This document shows, piece by piece, positions 17,288-24,897 of a stretch of DNA of 24,897 nt. Location: the UHGV virus genome UHGV-0147584. One strand, 5' to 3'. Position numbers and translations under genes: made by a program. The notes under the pieces are model-generated. The model saw only the letters and a program-made list of their open reading frames with translations, ran no database searches and was not told where the DNA came from. This DNA is from a virus. Each line of letters opens with the position of its first letter. Positions within the stretch are counted from its first letter, which is position 1.

Positions 17288-18799
17288 TTAGGGATCGGTT
17301 TGAGAAGGGTTATCCTTGCTCTCACCATCAACGATAATATTTAGTGCGCTCTTTTCGGCTTGAATCTCTGAGAATACTTTTTCAGGATCATCACCACGTT
17401 CAAGAATAACAGCAGTACGTGATTTAAGACCATTTTGAATTAAAGCAATCTCGGCGTTTACGTCTTTAATAGGATCGACGGATTCAAAACGCGGACGAAT
17501 AATAGTAGTGTTATCGATAATATGAGGAATTGCAGTAATACGAATCGGAACAATACCACGCGCGGAATAATGGCGTAGATATGCTTCGAAAATTGGCAAT
17601 ACCACTGTTTCAATTAATTTGTTTTGCAGTGCTTTAATGCGGTTACGCTGAGTTAATTCACCAAAACGTGCGGCTGAGTAGTTGATCTGTGAACAATCTC
17701 CTGTTAAGCCCTGTTTGAACACGCCTAAGCCCATTGATACGCTAGTGAACATCGCATCATTGAAGCTGTTAAAGTCATCGCCATTTTGCGATGATTGAAT
17801 GCTCTTGATTGTTGCCCCTTCCGGCAATTCCTGAATAGTACCCGGTGCAAAGTCCTGTACTACTTCCGGCGCTTGATATTGTTCATCCTCTTCACCAGTA
17901 TCAAAATCGTCACCAGAATCTTTAGGACGTTCGATAAAGCCCATAGAACTAGCCGCAATACGTTTCTGGACGATCGCGGTTTCGCGGAACGCTTCTTGAT
18001 GCGCAATATCCTTAATCACTGGCAGGAAGTCAGTCACACCACGTAAACTTTCCGCGCACAGTGGCTGGTAGTAGTGGCACACCTGAGAAGCATCTACGCG
18101 ATAATTTTCGCCAGTGTAGGTCTGAGTCAGTAGATTGATTTTTCTAAACCAGTATGCTACAGGGCGCATTGTGTCTACGTCATACTCAATCCCCTGATAG
18201 ATCGCACGTTCTTTGCTTATTTCACGACTAAGCGACCAGTCGCACCTATCAGCAGACAGAATAGAAACTTGTAACTCATTGTTCTCTTTGGTTAAAACGA
18301 TGAAGCATTCTCCACCCTGAACACGTTCAGATTCTGCCATTGCCAGCATTTCACGGAAGTTAAAGCGACCGTTGCGAGAGAAGCGTTTAGCACTCTGCGC
18401 CCACTTCCAGAAAGCATTCTCGATCTGCTTATTCAGTGCGGTGTCAAGTTTGCCATTTGATTTAACGATTGATGGTTTCGGATCAAGCCCCGTACCAACA
18501 ACTTGGTCAACGATATACTGCTTGTATCGCTTACCTACAGCATTGTTTATAGCCAGAGTACGACCCTGATCATAAAGGCGCTTACCGTTCGATTTGAGAG
18601 CCTTATTGAAGGTTCCTGTAATGGTGTCTTGTTGAAGCTGTCCATCAATGCGATCACCGACTAAGCCCAAAGAACGCTTAGACAAATCTTTCTGGAATTT
18701 TTCTACTTGTTTGTCGATAAAGATTTTTTGTTGTTGCTGGCGGTGATTAGTTTTAACTGGAGTTTCTACCGCCTTTTTGCGTCGAAAAAGATTAAACAT
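17288..18799 (-). CDS. portal protein (lambda gpB-like position)
   Basis: 503-aa ORF between the gpW-position gene and the capsid gene; SD AAGGGGTAAATC; size and position typical of a portal. Stop TAA. Confidence 0.8.
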   Translation of the reverse strand: MFNLFRRKKAVETPVKTNHRQQQQKIFIDKQVEKFQKDLSKRSLGLVGDRIDGQLQQDTITGTFNKALKSNGKRLYDQGRTLAINNAVGKRYKQYIVDQVVGTGLDPKPSIVKSNGKLDTALNKQIENAFWKWAQSAKRFSRNGRFNFREMLAMAESERVQGGECFIVLTKENNELQVSILSADRCDWSLSREISKERAIYQGIEYDVDTMRPVAYWFRKINLLTQTYTGENYRVDASQVCHYYQPLCAESLRGVTDFLPVIKDIAHQEAFRETAIVQKRIAASSMGFIERPKDSGDDFDTGEEDEQYQAPEVVQDFAPGTIQELPEGATIKSIQSSQNGDDFNSFNDAMFTSVSMGLGVFKQGLTGDCSQINYSAARFGELTQRNRIKALQNKLIETVVLPIFEAYLRHYSARGIVPIRITAIPHIIDNTTIIRPRFESVDPIKDVNAEIALIQNGLKSRTAVILERGDDPEKVFSEIQAEKSALNIIVDGESKDNPSQTDP

Positions 18800-18809
18800 G
18801 ATTTACCCC

Positions 18810-19307
18810 TTATCGCGTAAGACGTAATTTGATATTTTTAATAGGGCTAATTCCCTGTTTACGTCGTTCGGCTTGAATTACTTTAGATAACTGACGTTCA
18901 TAATCGACTTTTAGAGTCTGGAGAACACCCAATGACTCATAGGCGAAAGTATTCCCTTTCACGGTCATTGCAGATAATGCGGCTTCGTCCCCAGATAAAC
19001 GGGCGAAAATAACTTGCTCGATTAAGGCGATAGTTTCCCGCAGATACTGTTTTTTGGATTGTTTGGCAAAGACTGGTAAAACAGTTAATTCCTGCATTGA
19101 TACCAGTTCTTCATCAAAAGTTATTACGATGGTATATTTACCCTCGGCAAAATCTAAGGTTTTAATCTCGTGATTAGCCGGAGAATCATCAACCTGATAA
19201 ATGATACCTTTATTATTATTTCCTACCTGAATTGTTACACCCTCTTCATTCGCCAGCGTGATTTTTTCGCCTTTACGAATTACTAAGGGAATTAGTTCTA
19301 AACTCAT
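18810..19307 (-). CDS. hypothetical protein at the lambda gpW position (possible head-tail joining function)
   Basis: 165-aa ORF between terminase and portal, SD AAGGGGTAATT. Only weak resemblance of its C-terminus to gpW-like proteins. Confidence 0.4.
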   Translation of the reverse strand: MSLELIPLVIRKGEKITLANEEGVTIQVGNNNKGIIYQVDDSPANHEIKTLDFAEGKYTIVITFDEELVSMQELTVLPVFAKQSKKQYLRETIALIEQVIFARLSGDEAALSAMTVKGNTFAYESLGVLQTLKVDYERQLSKVIQAERRKQGISPIKNIKLRLTR

Positions 19308-19355
19308 AATTACCCCTTATTTAATTGTTATTGGATTAACAATATTTAGGAGTAA

Positions 19356-19374
19356 GCCGCCCCGAAGGACGGCG
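19356..19374 (-). promoter_or_regulatory. UUCG-tetraloop hairpin between terminase stop and the next gene
   Basis: Minus-strand RNA GCCGUCC-UUCG-GGGCGGC (7 bp including one G-U). No U-run follows, so more likely a stability or processing element than a terminator. Confidence 0.5.
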
Positions 19375-19379
19375 AGTTA

Positions 19380-21284
19380 TTAGAACGATGTTACCCAGCT
19401 ACGGCCTCTATTTGGGCGTCTGGCGATGTTTTTACGTTGTGGTCGTGTGATTGGCTTATTTTCTTCGATTTGCTCGTCAGATTGCGATTTAGGAGCTTTT
19501 ACGGGTTCTTCGACAACACGGTTTAAGCTGTCTTTCATTGCGATGAGTTTATCCCATGACATTTTTGAAAGGACGTAGCGAGAAGCCGCTGTAGCATACA
19601 CGGCGCAGTCGAGCGCCTCGTTCCTAACGCCTGGGTTCTTTACCCATCTCACGCCAGTAGTAGTACGCTTGACAGATTCACTTAAAAGCTGATCGAGATA
19701 ATCATCAGGAACGGTGTCTGATATTTCTAAGCCAATATGAGGATTATCTTTCAGGTTCCTAGCCAACATTTCACGAAATGCAGTTTTACCCACATTAACA
19801 CCCAACATAAGCAATTCATGACCACCTGTGCGGGTAGGTTTAACCGGAATGATCGGAGCGTTACCAGCAGAACTACCTTTGATAGCGTGTAAGTTCTTCC
19901 ACTTGCCGCAAATACGGTATCCAGCTTGAGTGAATCGACCGTTCGATGTATCAAGGAAGCTGGCGAGCATAGGAACACGATCACCCGATACAGTAGTAAA
20001 TCTGGTTTTATGGAAGTTGATTAATCTATCCCATACAGGGGATTCATATCGTTCACAGTTATGATCGTAAAAGCTGCGGTGATCCAGAATATAAATCTTA
20101 TCCTTTGCCACGCCCATGATTGTAGTTTCTGCGCGATCTAATTGCTGGTCAGTACCCGCACACAAGAAAATCACGTCATCAGGGATATTCTCGATAGAAA
20201 CATCTGTTTTGAGTTGTTCCAGTTCATTTGCTTCTACTGCCGTGTCCTGATCGTCGTATACCTTGCCTAACACGGTGTTATAAAATGATTGTAAATCAAA
20301 GGATTGCCACGCATGACTAAAATCAACCACACAAGCGCGGATCGTGCTGAAAGGTGAATACAGACGGCTGATCCAGAATCCTGCTACTTCACTTTCACGG
20401 GTTGCTCTCCACTCGCCTTGTGCTACTGCCCTGATTCGTTCCCCTTCGGTCCATGCGTTCTTACAGTGGGGGCAAATATAACGAGCGGTATCAGGATCGG
20501 GTAAGTTCTTACCATCGATGTTACGCCATTCAAACTGTACGTTTTCCCACTCGATCACCTGGTGTCTACCGCAATGAGGACACGGAACAAAAAACATACG
20601 CATATCACTTGATAACCATTGCTGGTTAATGCTTCCGAGCTTACTGGTCGGGGTACTGGATACGACTAATCGGCCTTCATCGCCAAAGGTAGTTAAACGG
20701 TTAGCAGCCAGTGCCACCGGATCACCTTCTTCTGAGGCTGTAGCAGCATCGATTTCGTCAAGCAATCCAACCTTTGCGGTCTTACCGCGTAGGGTTGATG
20801 GACTAGTAAGCGATACCATATAAAGGAAGTGGTTTGATTTGAGCTGGAGCTGATTGTTGTTATTAACAGAATTGCGATCATTCTTGTCTGTAACCACGTC
20901 TTTTAATGCATCACATGCTTCGATAGACGGTCGGATCTTACCCGCGAGATATTGAGACATTTCTTTAGCGGTTGATTGTCCGATAATCATATTGCATGGA
21001 TCGTTAGCCATCTGGTTAAACAGGATGCCGTTCAAGATGGTAGTCTTTCCGATCTGCGCACTGGTCATCAGAACATACTTTTTCTTGTTCTCAAGGAAAG
21101 GAGCATCAATCATACCTTTCTGGAATGACAGCAATTTAACTTTATCCCCAGCTTGAGGACCATCTACCAGCACCATATTCGCTTCGCACCATTCAGAAGG
21201 AAGGAGCTTAGGCGGTGGCGTAATATATTTGGCTGCATTTTTGAGAATCTTTTTTAATTTGGCCTTATTTGAAATCAGTTTCAT
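19380..21284 (-). CDS. terminase large subunit, lambda gpA family
   Basis: 634-aa ORF. Walker A-like TSAQIGKTT, paired CPHCG...CPHC motifs, [11 protein letters not shown] and [11 protein letters not shown] segments closely resembling lambda gpA as recalled. SD GAGGGT. Stop TAA. Confidence 0.9.
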   Translation of the reverse strand: MKLISNKAKLKKILKNAAKYITPPPKLLPSEWCEANMVLVDGPQAGDKVKLLSFQKGMIDAPFLENKKKYVLMTSAQIGKTTILNGILFNQMANDPCNMIIGQSTAKEMSQYLAGKIRPSIEACDALKDVVTDKNDRNSVNNNNQLQLKSNHFLYMVSLTSPSTLRGKTAKVGLLDEIDAATASEEGDPVALAANRLTTFGDEGRLVVSSTPTSKLGSINQQWLSSDMRMFFVPCPHCGRHQVIEWENVQFEWRNIDGKNLPDPDTARYICPHCKNAWTEGERIRAVAQGEWRATRESEVAGFWISRLYSPFSTIRACVVDFSHAWQSFDLQSFYNTVLGKVYDDQDTAVEANELEQLKTDVSIENIPDDVIFLCAGTDQQLDRAETTIMGVAKDKIYILDHRSFYDHNCERYESPVWDRLINFHKTRFTTVSGDRVPMLASFLDTSNGRFTQAGYRICGKWKNLHAIKGSSAGNAPIIPVKPTRTGGHELLMLGVNVGKTAFREMLARNLKDNPHIGLEISDTVPDDYLDQLLSESVKRTTTGVRWVKNPGVRNEALDCAVYATAASRYVLSKMSWDKLIAMKDSLNRVVEEPVKAPKSQSDEQIEENKPITRPQRKNIARRPNRGRSWVTSF

Positions 21285-21369
21285 GTAATTACCCTCATTA
21301 CGAAATATGAAGGTATTTATTAAATTGTTGATATTTTGATAAATACGGGTATTAATTAAAGGGGGTTGT
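21285..21369. promoter_or_regulatory. divergent promoter region between terminase and the plus-strand HTH gene
   Basis: 85-bp AT-rich spacer with direct TTGATA repeats, near-palindrome AATACGGGTATT, and TATTAAT upstream of the plus-strand SD AAAGGGGG. No strong consensus promoter toward terminase. Confidence 0.4.
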
Positions 21370-21972
21370 ATGCTAATTAATCAACAACAAAGAGATGAAT
21401 TAGAATTAGCCTTGTCTTGTACCGATCATGAATATCGTTTGCCAGTTAAGCATAAGCATTTAAAAACCGACTACACTACATCTGGCTTTAGTCGTGAGGA
21501 AGCGAAAGAGATTTTAATAGAGTTTTACCGCGATAATGGTTATACAGACGTTCACAACTTCTTTAAGAAGCATAGAACATCACATACAGAGTTTCGGAGA
21601 GTCCGAGATTGGTTTGATTTTGATATCAAGCGTTATTATCGAGTGGATGACGGTCCTATCTATCGGTTGCAGTGGACACCGATCAGGGAAGTGTTGAAAC
21701 AGAAGAGATTGAATCACGCCATTACACGCTATCGTAACGAGGCTTTCAAGAAAGGCTATGGTGATACAAGGGAACTATTCGTTGAACTCGCTAACGTGAA
21801 ATATAGCCACTATTACAACGATCCTACAGGGTTCTTCGAAGTGCTTCGCAAGGTTGATATTAGTCGGGGTACATATTATTCACGGCTGAGGAAGTACGGG
21901 ATTAAGGTAGAGTTCTTTATGTCGGTTGACGACTCACCCATGTTCAAGATAAAATCTAAGTCCTCTAAATAA
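21370..21972 (+). CDS. hypothetical DNA-binding protein with C-terminal HTH-like motif
   Basis: 200-aa ORF with SD AAAGGGGG. C-terminal [20 protein letters not shown] looks like a helix-turn-helix; paralogous to the following small gene. Stop TAA. Confidence 0.5.
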   Translation: MLINQQQRDELELALSCTDHEYRLPVKHKHLKTDYTTSGFSREEAKEILIEFYRDNGYTDVHNFFKKHRTSHTEFRRVRDWFDFDIKRYYRVDDGPIYRLQWTPIREVLKQKRLNHAITRYRNEAFKKGYGDTRELFVELANVKYSHYYNDPTGFFEVLRKVDISRGTYYSRLRKYGIKVEFFMSVDDSPMFKIKSKSSK

Positions 21973-22007
21973 TATTGAGAAATCACTATTGTTTGGAGGA
22001 AACTACT

Positions 22008-22235
22008 ATGACTACTAAAGCTACTCGCGGTCGCCCTGCCCGTTTTAACGCTGAACAGATGGCTGATATTGCCTACGCTTACTATACAGCGGATCGTGGT
22101 AAGGAAGCGAAAGAACAGATTCTTAGTGAACATGGGATCTCAATCGCCCAATTCTATAAGAATATGAAGAAGTTAGACATTAAATTCTATGTTCAGATCG
22201 GTGATGGTCAGATCGTAGAAGCAACAGGTTTTTGA
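22008..22235 (+). CDS. small DNA-binding protein (RGRP motif plus HTH-like C-terminus)
   Basis: ATG 22008 is preceded by GGAGGA at 7 nt (the ORF track begins at an upstream TTG). Sequence MTTKATRGRPARF...HGISIAQFYKNMKKLDIKF. Stop TGA. Confidence 0.5.
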   Translation: MTTKATRGRPARFNAEQMADIAYAYYTADRGKEAKEQILSEHGISIAQFYKNMKKLDIKFYVQIGDGQIVEATGF

Positions 22236-22250
22236 GTTTTGATTCTCTTT

Positions 22251-22280
22251 GCCACTCTTCGGAGTGGCTTTTTTGTATGT
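22251..22280 (+). terminator. intrinsic terminator (plus strand)
   Basis: GCCACUC-uucg-GAGUGGC followed by UUUUUUGUAUGU, 15 nt after the stop of the small plus-strand gene. Confidence 0.75.
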
Positions 22281-22395
22281 AAAACAATCGGCGCAAAACT
22301 GCGCTCATTTCTAAGTTGAGTCCAAATCTGGACTGATCTATAGATGCATCCAAATCTGGAGGGATGCGCTTAAAGTTCAGCGCATCTACAGATAC

Positions 22396-22420
22396 AAAAA
22401 AGCCCCTGAAATTCAGGGGC
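22396..22420 (-). terminator. intrinsic terminator (minus strand) after the Rha-like gene
   Basis: Minus-strand RNA GCCCCUGAA-u-UUCAGGGGC followed by UUUUUUGUAUCU. Confidence 0.7.
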
Positions 22421-22428
22421 AAAAATTA

Positions 22429-23256
22429 TTACAGTCCGAAGACTTCCAGAGAGCCAGCATTCTGACGAATCAGCAAAGCAGTGTTATTAATGATTGCTCG
22501 TGAGTTGTTCGGCTGTGGCAATTTCAAAGTTGCGGCCTTTTCTTCTTCAAGCAATCCGAGTTTTACGAGATGCGGGATAGCATCAGCAGTGAACTCGATC
22601 TGACCGTGTGCCGACATACGAGCGAACATATAGCCAGGAGGAAGCAGATCATAGCCTTTAGGCTTACCAGAAGCATCCAGACGACGCTCAAGAACACCAG
22701 CAGCACATAAACCTTTCAGAATCATTTGTACCGTCGTAGAGCCTCGTTTTTCGCCTAATAAGCGGCTAAGACTGTGTGTGTCGATAGCTTTACGAACATG
22801 CAATTCAACCAGTTGTTTCTTTTCTTGAATCAGTTGTTCGTTTGCGGCTTCCAATTCCATTGCCTCACGAATCCAGTCGAGCTTAGTCATGTTTGCGTAA
22901 GGGTTGATTTGCTGAGAACGCAGTTTTTCATTTTCTTCTTTCAGTCGCTTCCATTCCTGAATAACAACCATTCGACGCTTAACATCGTAACCAGTGACAA
23001 GAGTCAGCGTCATTTCTTCGTCTAAGTGATATTCGGTTTGTTCACGTCCACACTGATCAAGATAGGTGCGCTCAAAACTGAGCACATCTAATTCCAGAGC
23101 ATCGAGCATGGATTTAATATCACGTTTAACGTTTTTGTGTTCTTTTCCGGTAAATTCAGCGATCTGACGAGAAGACATGGTCAGCGGTTTGGTGTTATCA
23201 ACAACCAGAGACACGGAAGCAGTTTTAGCAGTATTCATAACGGTAACAGTATTCAT
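22429..23256 (-). CDS. phage regulatory protein Rha / antirepressor
   Basis: N-terminal SSRQIAEFTGKEHKNVKRDIKSML...TLVTGYDVKRRMVVIQEWKRL matches the Rha-family signature as recalled; coiled-coil middle and a C-terminal domain of unknown function. SD AAGGGGAA. Stop TAA. Confidence 0.75.
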   Translation of the reverse strand: MNTVTVMNTAKTASVSLVVDNTKPLTMSSRQIAEFTGKEHKNVKRDIKSMLDALELDVLSFERTYLDQCGREQTEYHLDEEMTLTLVTGYDVKRRMVVIQEWKRLKEENEKLRSQQINPYANMTKLDWIREAMELEAANEQLIQEKKQLVELHVRKAIDTHSLSRLLGEKRGSTTVQMILKGLCAAGVLERRLDASGKPKGYDLLPPGYMFARMSAHGQIEFTADAIPHLVKLGLLEEEKAATLKLPQPNNSRAIINNTALLIRQNAGSLEVFGL

Positions 23257-23299
23257 AGTATTAATTCCCCTTAAACGGTTTAATGATTTGGTCCTCCTA

Positions 23300-23321
23300 G
23301 TTCCGGCAGCATCACCGGAAC
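23300..23321. promoter_or_regulatory. intergenic hairpin between the 110-aa gene and the Rha gene
   Basis: GTTCCGG-cagcatca-CCGGAAC, 7-bp stem. A T-rich run follows on the plus strand only, so orientation and role are ambiguous. Confidence 0.4.
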
Positions 23322-23345
23322 AATTTTATTTATAATAGAAATTTA

Positions 23346-23678
23346 TTACCAATCGATTTCTACTTGGTCTTCTTCATAATAAGGAATCGCATATTCATAA
23401 CGCCAGTTTTCGATGATTTCACGTTCTTCATTAGTAAGAAGGTGATTGCTAACTGGAGTCGCATTGTGATTACCAGCTTCGAATTGTTCGCGAACTTCCA
23501 GCATTGCATGAATACCAGTTAAGGACATCAGATCAAACGGAACATGCATACTACGGGAGATTGTTTCACGGGATACGCCCCAATCATTTTCTACATGGCT
23601 AGGGCTTACAGAAACGGTTTTGCCGGAGATTTTAACAGTCCAGTCATACAGGGATTTAGTGATGGTAAATTCTTTCAT
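23346..23678 (-). CDS. hypothetical protein
   Basis: 110-aa ORF, ATG preceded by AGAGGA; no family recognised. Confidence 0.5.
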   Translation of the reverse strand: MKEFTITKSLYDWTVKISGKTVSVSPSHVENDWGVSRETISRSMHVPFDLMSLTGIHAMLEVREQFEAGNHNATPVSNHLLTNEEREIIENWRYEYAIPYYEEDQVEIDW

Positions 23679-23798
23679 GTTACATCCTCTTTACAAATCT
23701 AGGTCAAATAGGTTCAAAATTGTCAAGTGCAATAATCATAAAAAAGTCAGAAAATTTTGTCAACACCCCTTGACAAGACGCCAAAGGGTTGACCTAAC
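23679..23798. promoter_or_regulatory. promoter/operator region with repeated TTGACA-like hexamers and a 20-bp palindrome
   Basis: TTGTCAA at 23720-23726 and 23757-23763, TTGACAA at 23770-23776, TTGACC at 23789-23794. TTGTCAAcaccccTTGACAA is a perfect 7-bp inverted repeat with 6-bp spacer. Lies between the 150-aa and 110-aa genes. Confidence 0.5.
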
Positions 23799-24251
23799 TT
23801 ACAGCATATCTAAGCCTTCATCGTAACCGTAGAAGCCATTCTGAGAAGAGAAACAGATTGGCGCGTAGTCGTCGTCATCTTCGTCTTGTTCATCTCGTTC
23901 TGGGGCTTCCTGAGCGGGTTGTTTACCATAATCAGCCATAATCTGGTCAAGATCGGCGATCCCATAGTAAGAGCCTAAATCAACGTCATATTCACGAACA
24001 TCAAACGGCAGGTCATCACGAACAATAATTGCCGGAATGTTGTTGTATTGTTCACGACCTTCATCAGTAAAGCAGTCTACGATCACCGTAGGGCGACCAT
24101 TACGTTTAAGAGCATAGAAAGCAGTTGAGAAATTGGAGTCTTCGGAATGACGAATGATGTTATAACCACGATTAGCGAAAACATGCATCATAGCCAGATT
24201 ATCATCATGGTTCAGACCCAGAAGAATGAAAGGAGTTTTAGTATTGATCAT
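23799..24251 (-). CDS. hypothetical protein with strongly acidic C-terminal tail
   Basis: 150-aa ORF, SD AGAGGA. Alternating hydrophobic strands (FILLGL, YNIIRH, TVIVDCF, AIIVRD) suggest an alpha/beta fold; C-terminal ERDEQDEDDDDY. No family recognised. Confidence 0.5.
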   Translation of the reverse strand: MINTKTPFILLGLNHDDNLAMMHVFANRGYNIIRHSEDSNFSTAFYALKRNGRPTVIVDCFTDEGREQYNNIPAIIVRDDLPFDVREYDVDLGSYYGIADLDQIMADYGKQPAQEAPERDEQDEDDDDYAPICFSSQNGFYGYDEGLDML

Positions 24252-24502
24252 AGTGGAAATCCTCTAAAAAAGTGAATCAAAGTAAGTTCACTATTATTTA
24301 TAACGAGAAATTTTTGTCTAATTTGAAAGGAATTGGTATTCAGTCGGCTTCGCCTCCTTCATAGATTTTGATTAAATCATCATCAAAACGAAGAAGTATC
24401 TTTAGAATATAAGAATCTTTCTTTTGGAGAAATAATAATCAGGAAGCAATTTAGCAACCGAAGGTTGCAATCCCGAAGGGATACCAATACCTTTCATGAT
24501 CA

Positions 24503-24750
24503 TTAAAGTGATCTAGAATCATCTAGTAACCAGTTAACTACTATTATCTTCAAAGTGATTATTACTATCTTTCTAGAATCAGTTAGTAACTAATTTAAAA
24601 TCCCTTTCAAGAAAATCCTTTCAGAAGTGATTCTCGATGCCACGCAGTGGCGTCGCAGACGTTTGAGAGTGAGCGAAGCGAGCGAGCAAACTAGTTAATT
24701 CCTTCTAAGACCATCTAGTATCATCTAGTTTAAATTAGTGTTACTAGAAG
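24503..24750. repeat. iteron-like direct and inverted repeats built on CTAG cores in noncoding DNA
   Basis: aaagtgatctagaatcatctagtaac (24505-24530), aaagtgatt...tctagaatcagttagtaac (24552-24590), atctagtatcatctagtt..gttactag (24713-24746), plus palindromes GTTAAC and AACTAGTT. No ORF in the track covers this region. Confidence 0.6.
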
Positions 24751-24897
24751 TAATTGGTTAGCGCTTCGCGCAGTCGGGCTACGCCCTCCTAATATCTTTT
24801 TGGTTATTTGTTGTTTTTGGTTTTACACATGAGCGTAGCGAATGTGTTATATAATATCTATGCACGCCCGATCCCCCGTTTTTGCCCCTCACTAAGT

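Noticed and set aside
22281-22395. Phage attachment site (attP)
   Set aside because: No integrase or excisionase gene is visible in this window; the palindromes could serve other binding functions. Left as an open candidate rather than called.
24440-24500. Possible tRNA gene (GGTTGCAATCC resembles a T-arm; nearby ACCA)
   Set aside because: The flanking arms are direct rather than inverted copies (CCGAAGG twice), and no acceptor/anticodon cloverleaf can be drawn; better explained as two tandem GAA-triloop hairpins.
24503-24750. CRISPR array
   Set aside because: Repeats are irregular in length and spacing, some inverted, with no uniform spacers and no cas genes.

Overview
This window is the late (morphogenesis) block of a tailed phage with a lambda-like gene order, read almost entirely on the minus strand from about 21284 down to 78. 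The order is: gpA-type terminase large subunit, a gpW-position protein, portal, one 666-aa ORF combining prohead protease, acidic scaffold and HK97-fold major capsid domains, two small neck proteins, a 277-aa tube-fold protein, a 1195-aa side/L-shaped tail fibre with a C-terminal intramolecular chaperone, a 158-aa tube-fold protein, a 168-aa unknown, G and GT tail chaperones, tape measure, M/L/K-like tail-tip proteins and a lambda-J-like central fibre. The right end (21285-24897) holds divergent small genes: two paralogous HTH proteins on the plus strand, a Rha-family antirepressor and two small unknown proteins on the minus strand, then about 650 bp of repeat-rich noncoding DNA. The most interesting signal is that the capsid gene and the 158-aa tube-fold gene both end in UGA and are each followed, in the same frame, by a homologous short extension (NEELP...VTAKATAK plus a basic tail) and a near-identical intrinsic terminator. 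That pattern fits programmed stop-codon readthrough producing C-terminally extended isoforms of the main virion proteins. Other points are a lambda-like G/GT -1 frameshift site, two adhesins (T5-like fibre plus lambda-J-like tip), and iteron/mini-hairpin DNA at the right edge. All calls come from reading the sequence and recalled family signatures; no database search was run.
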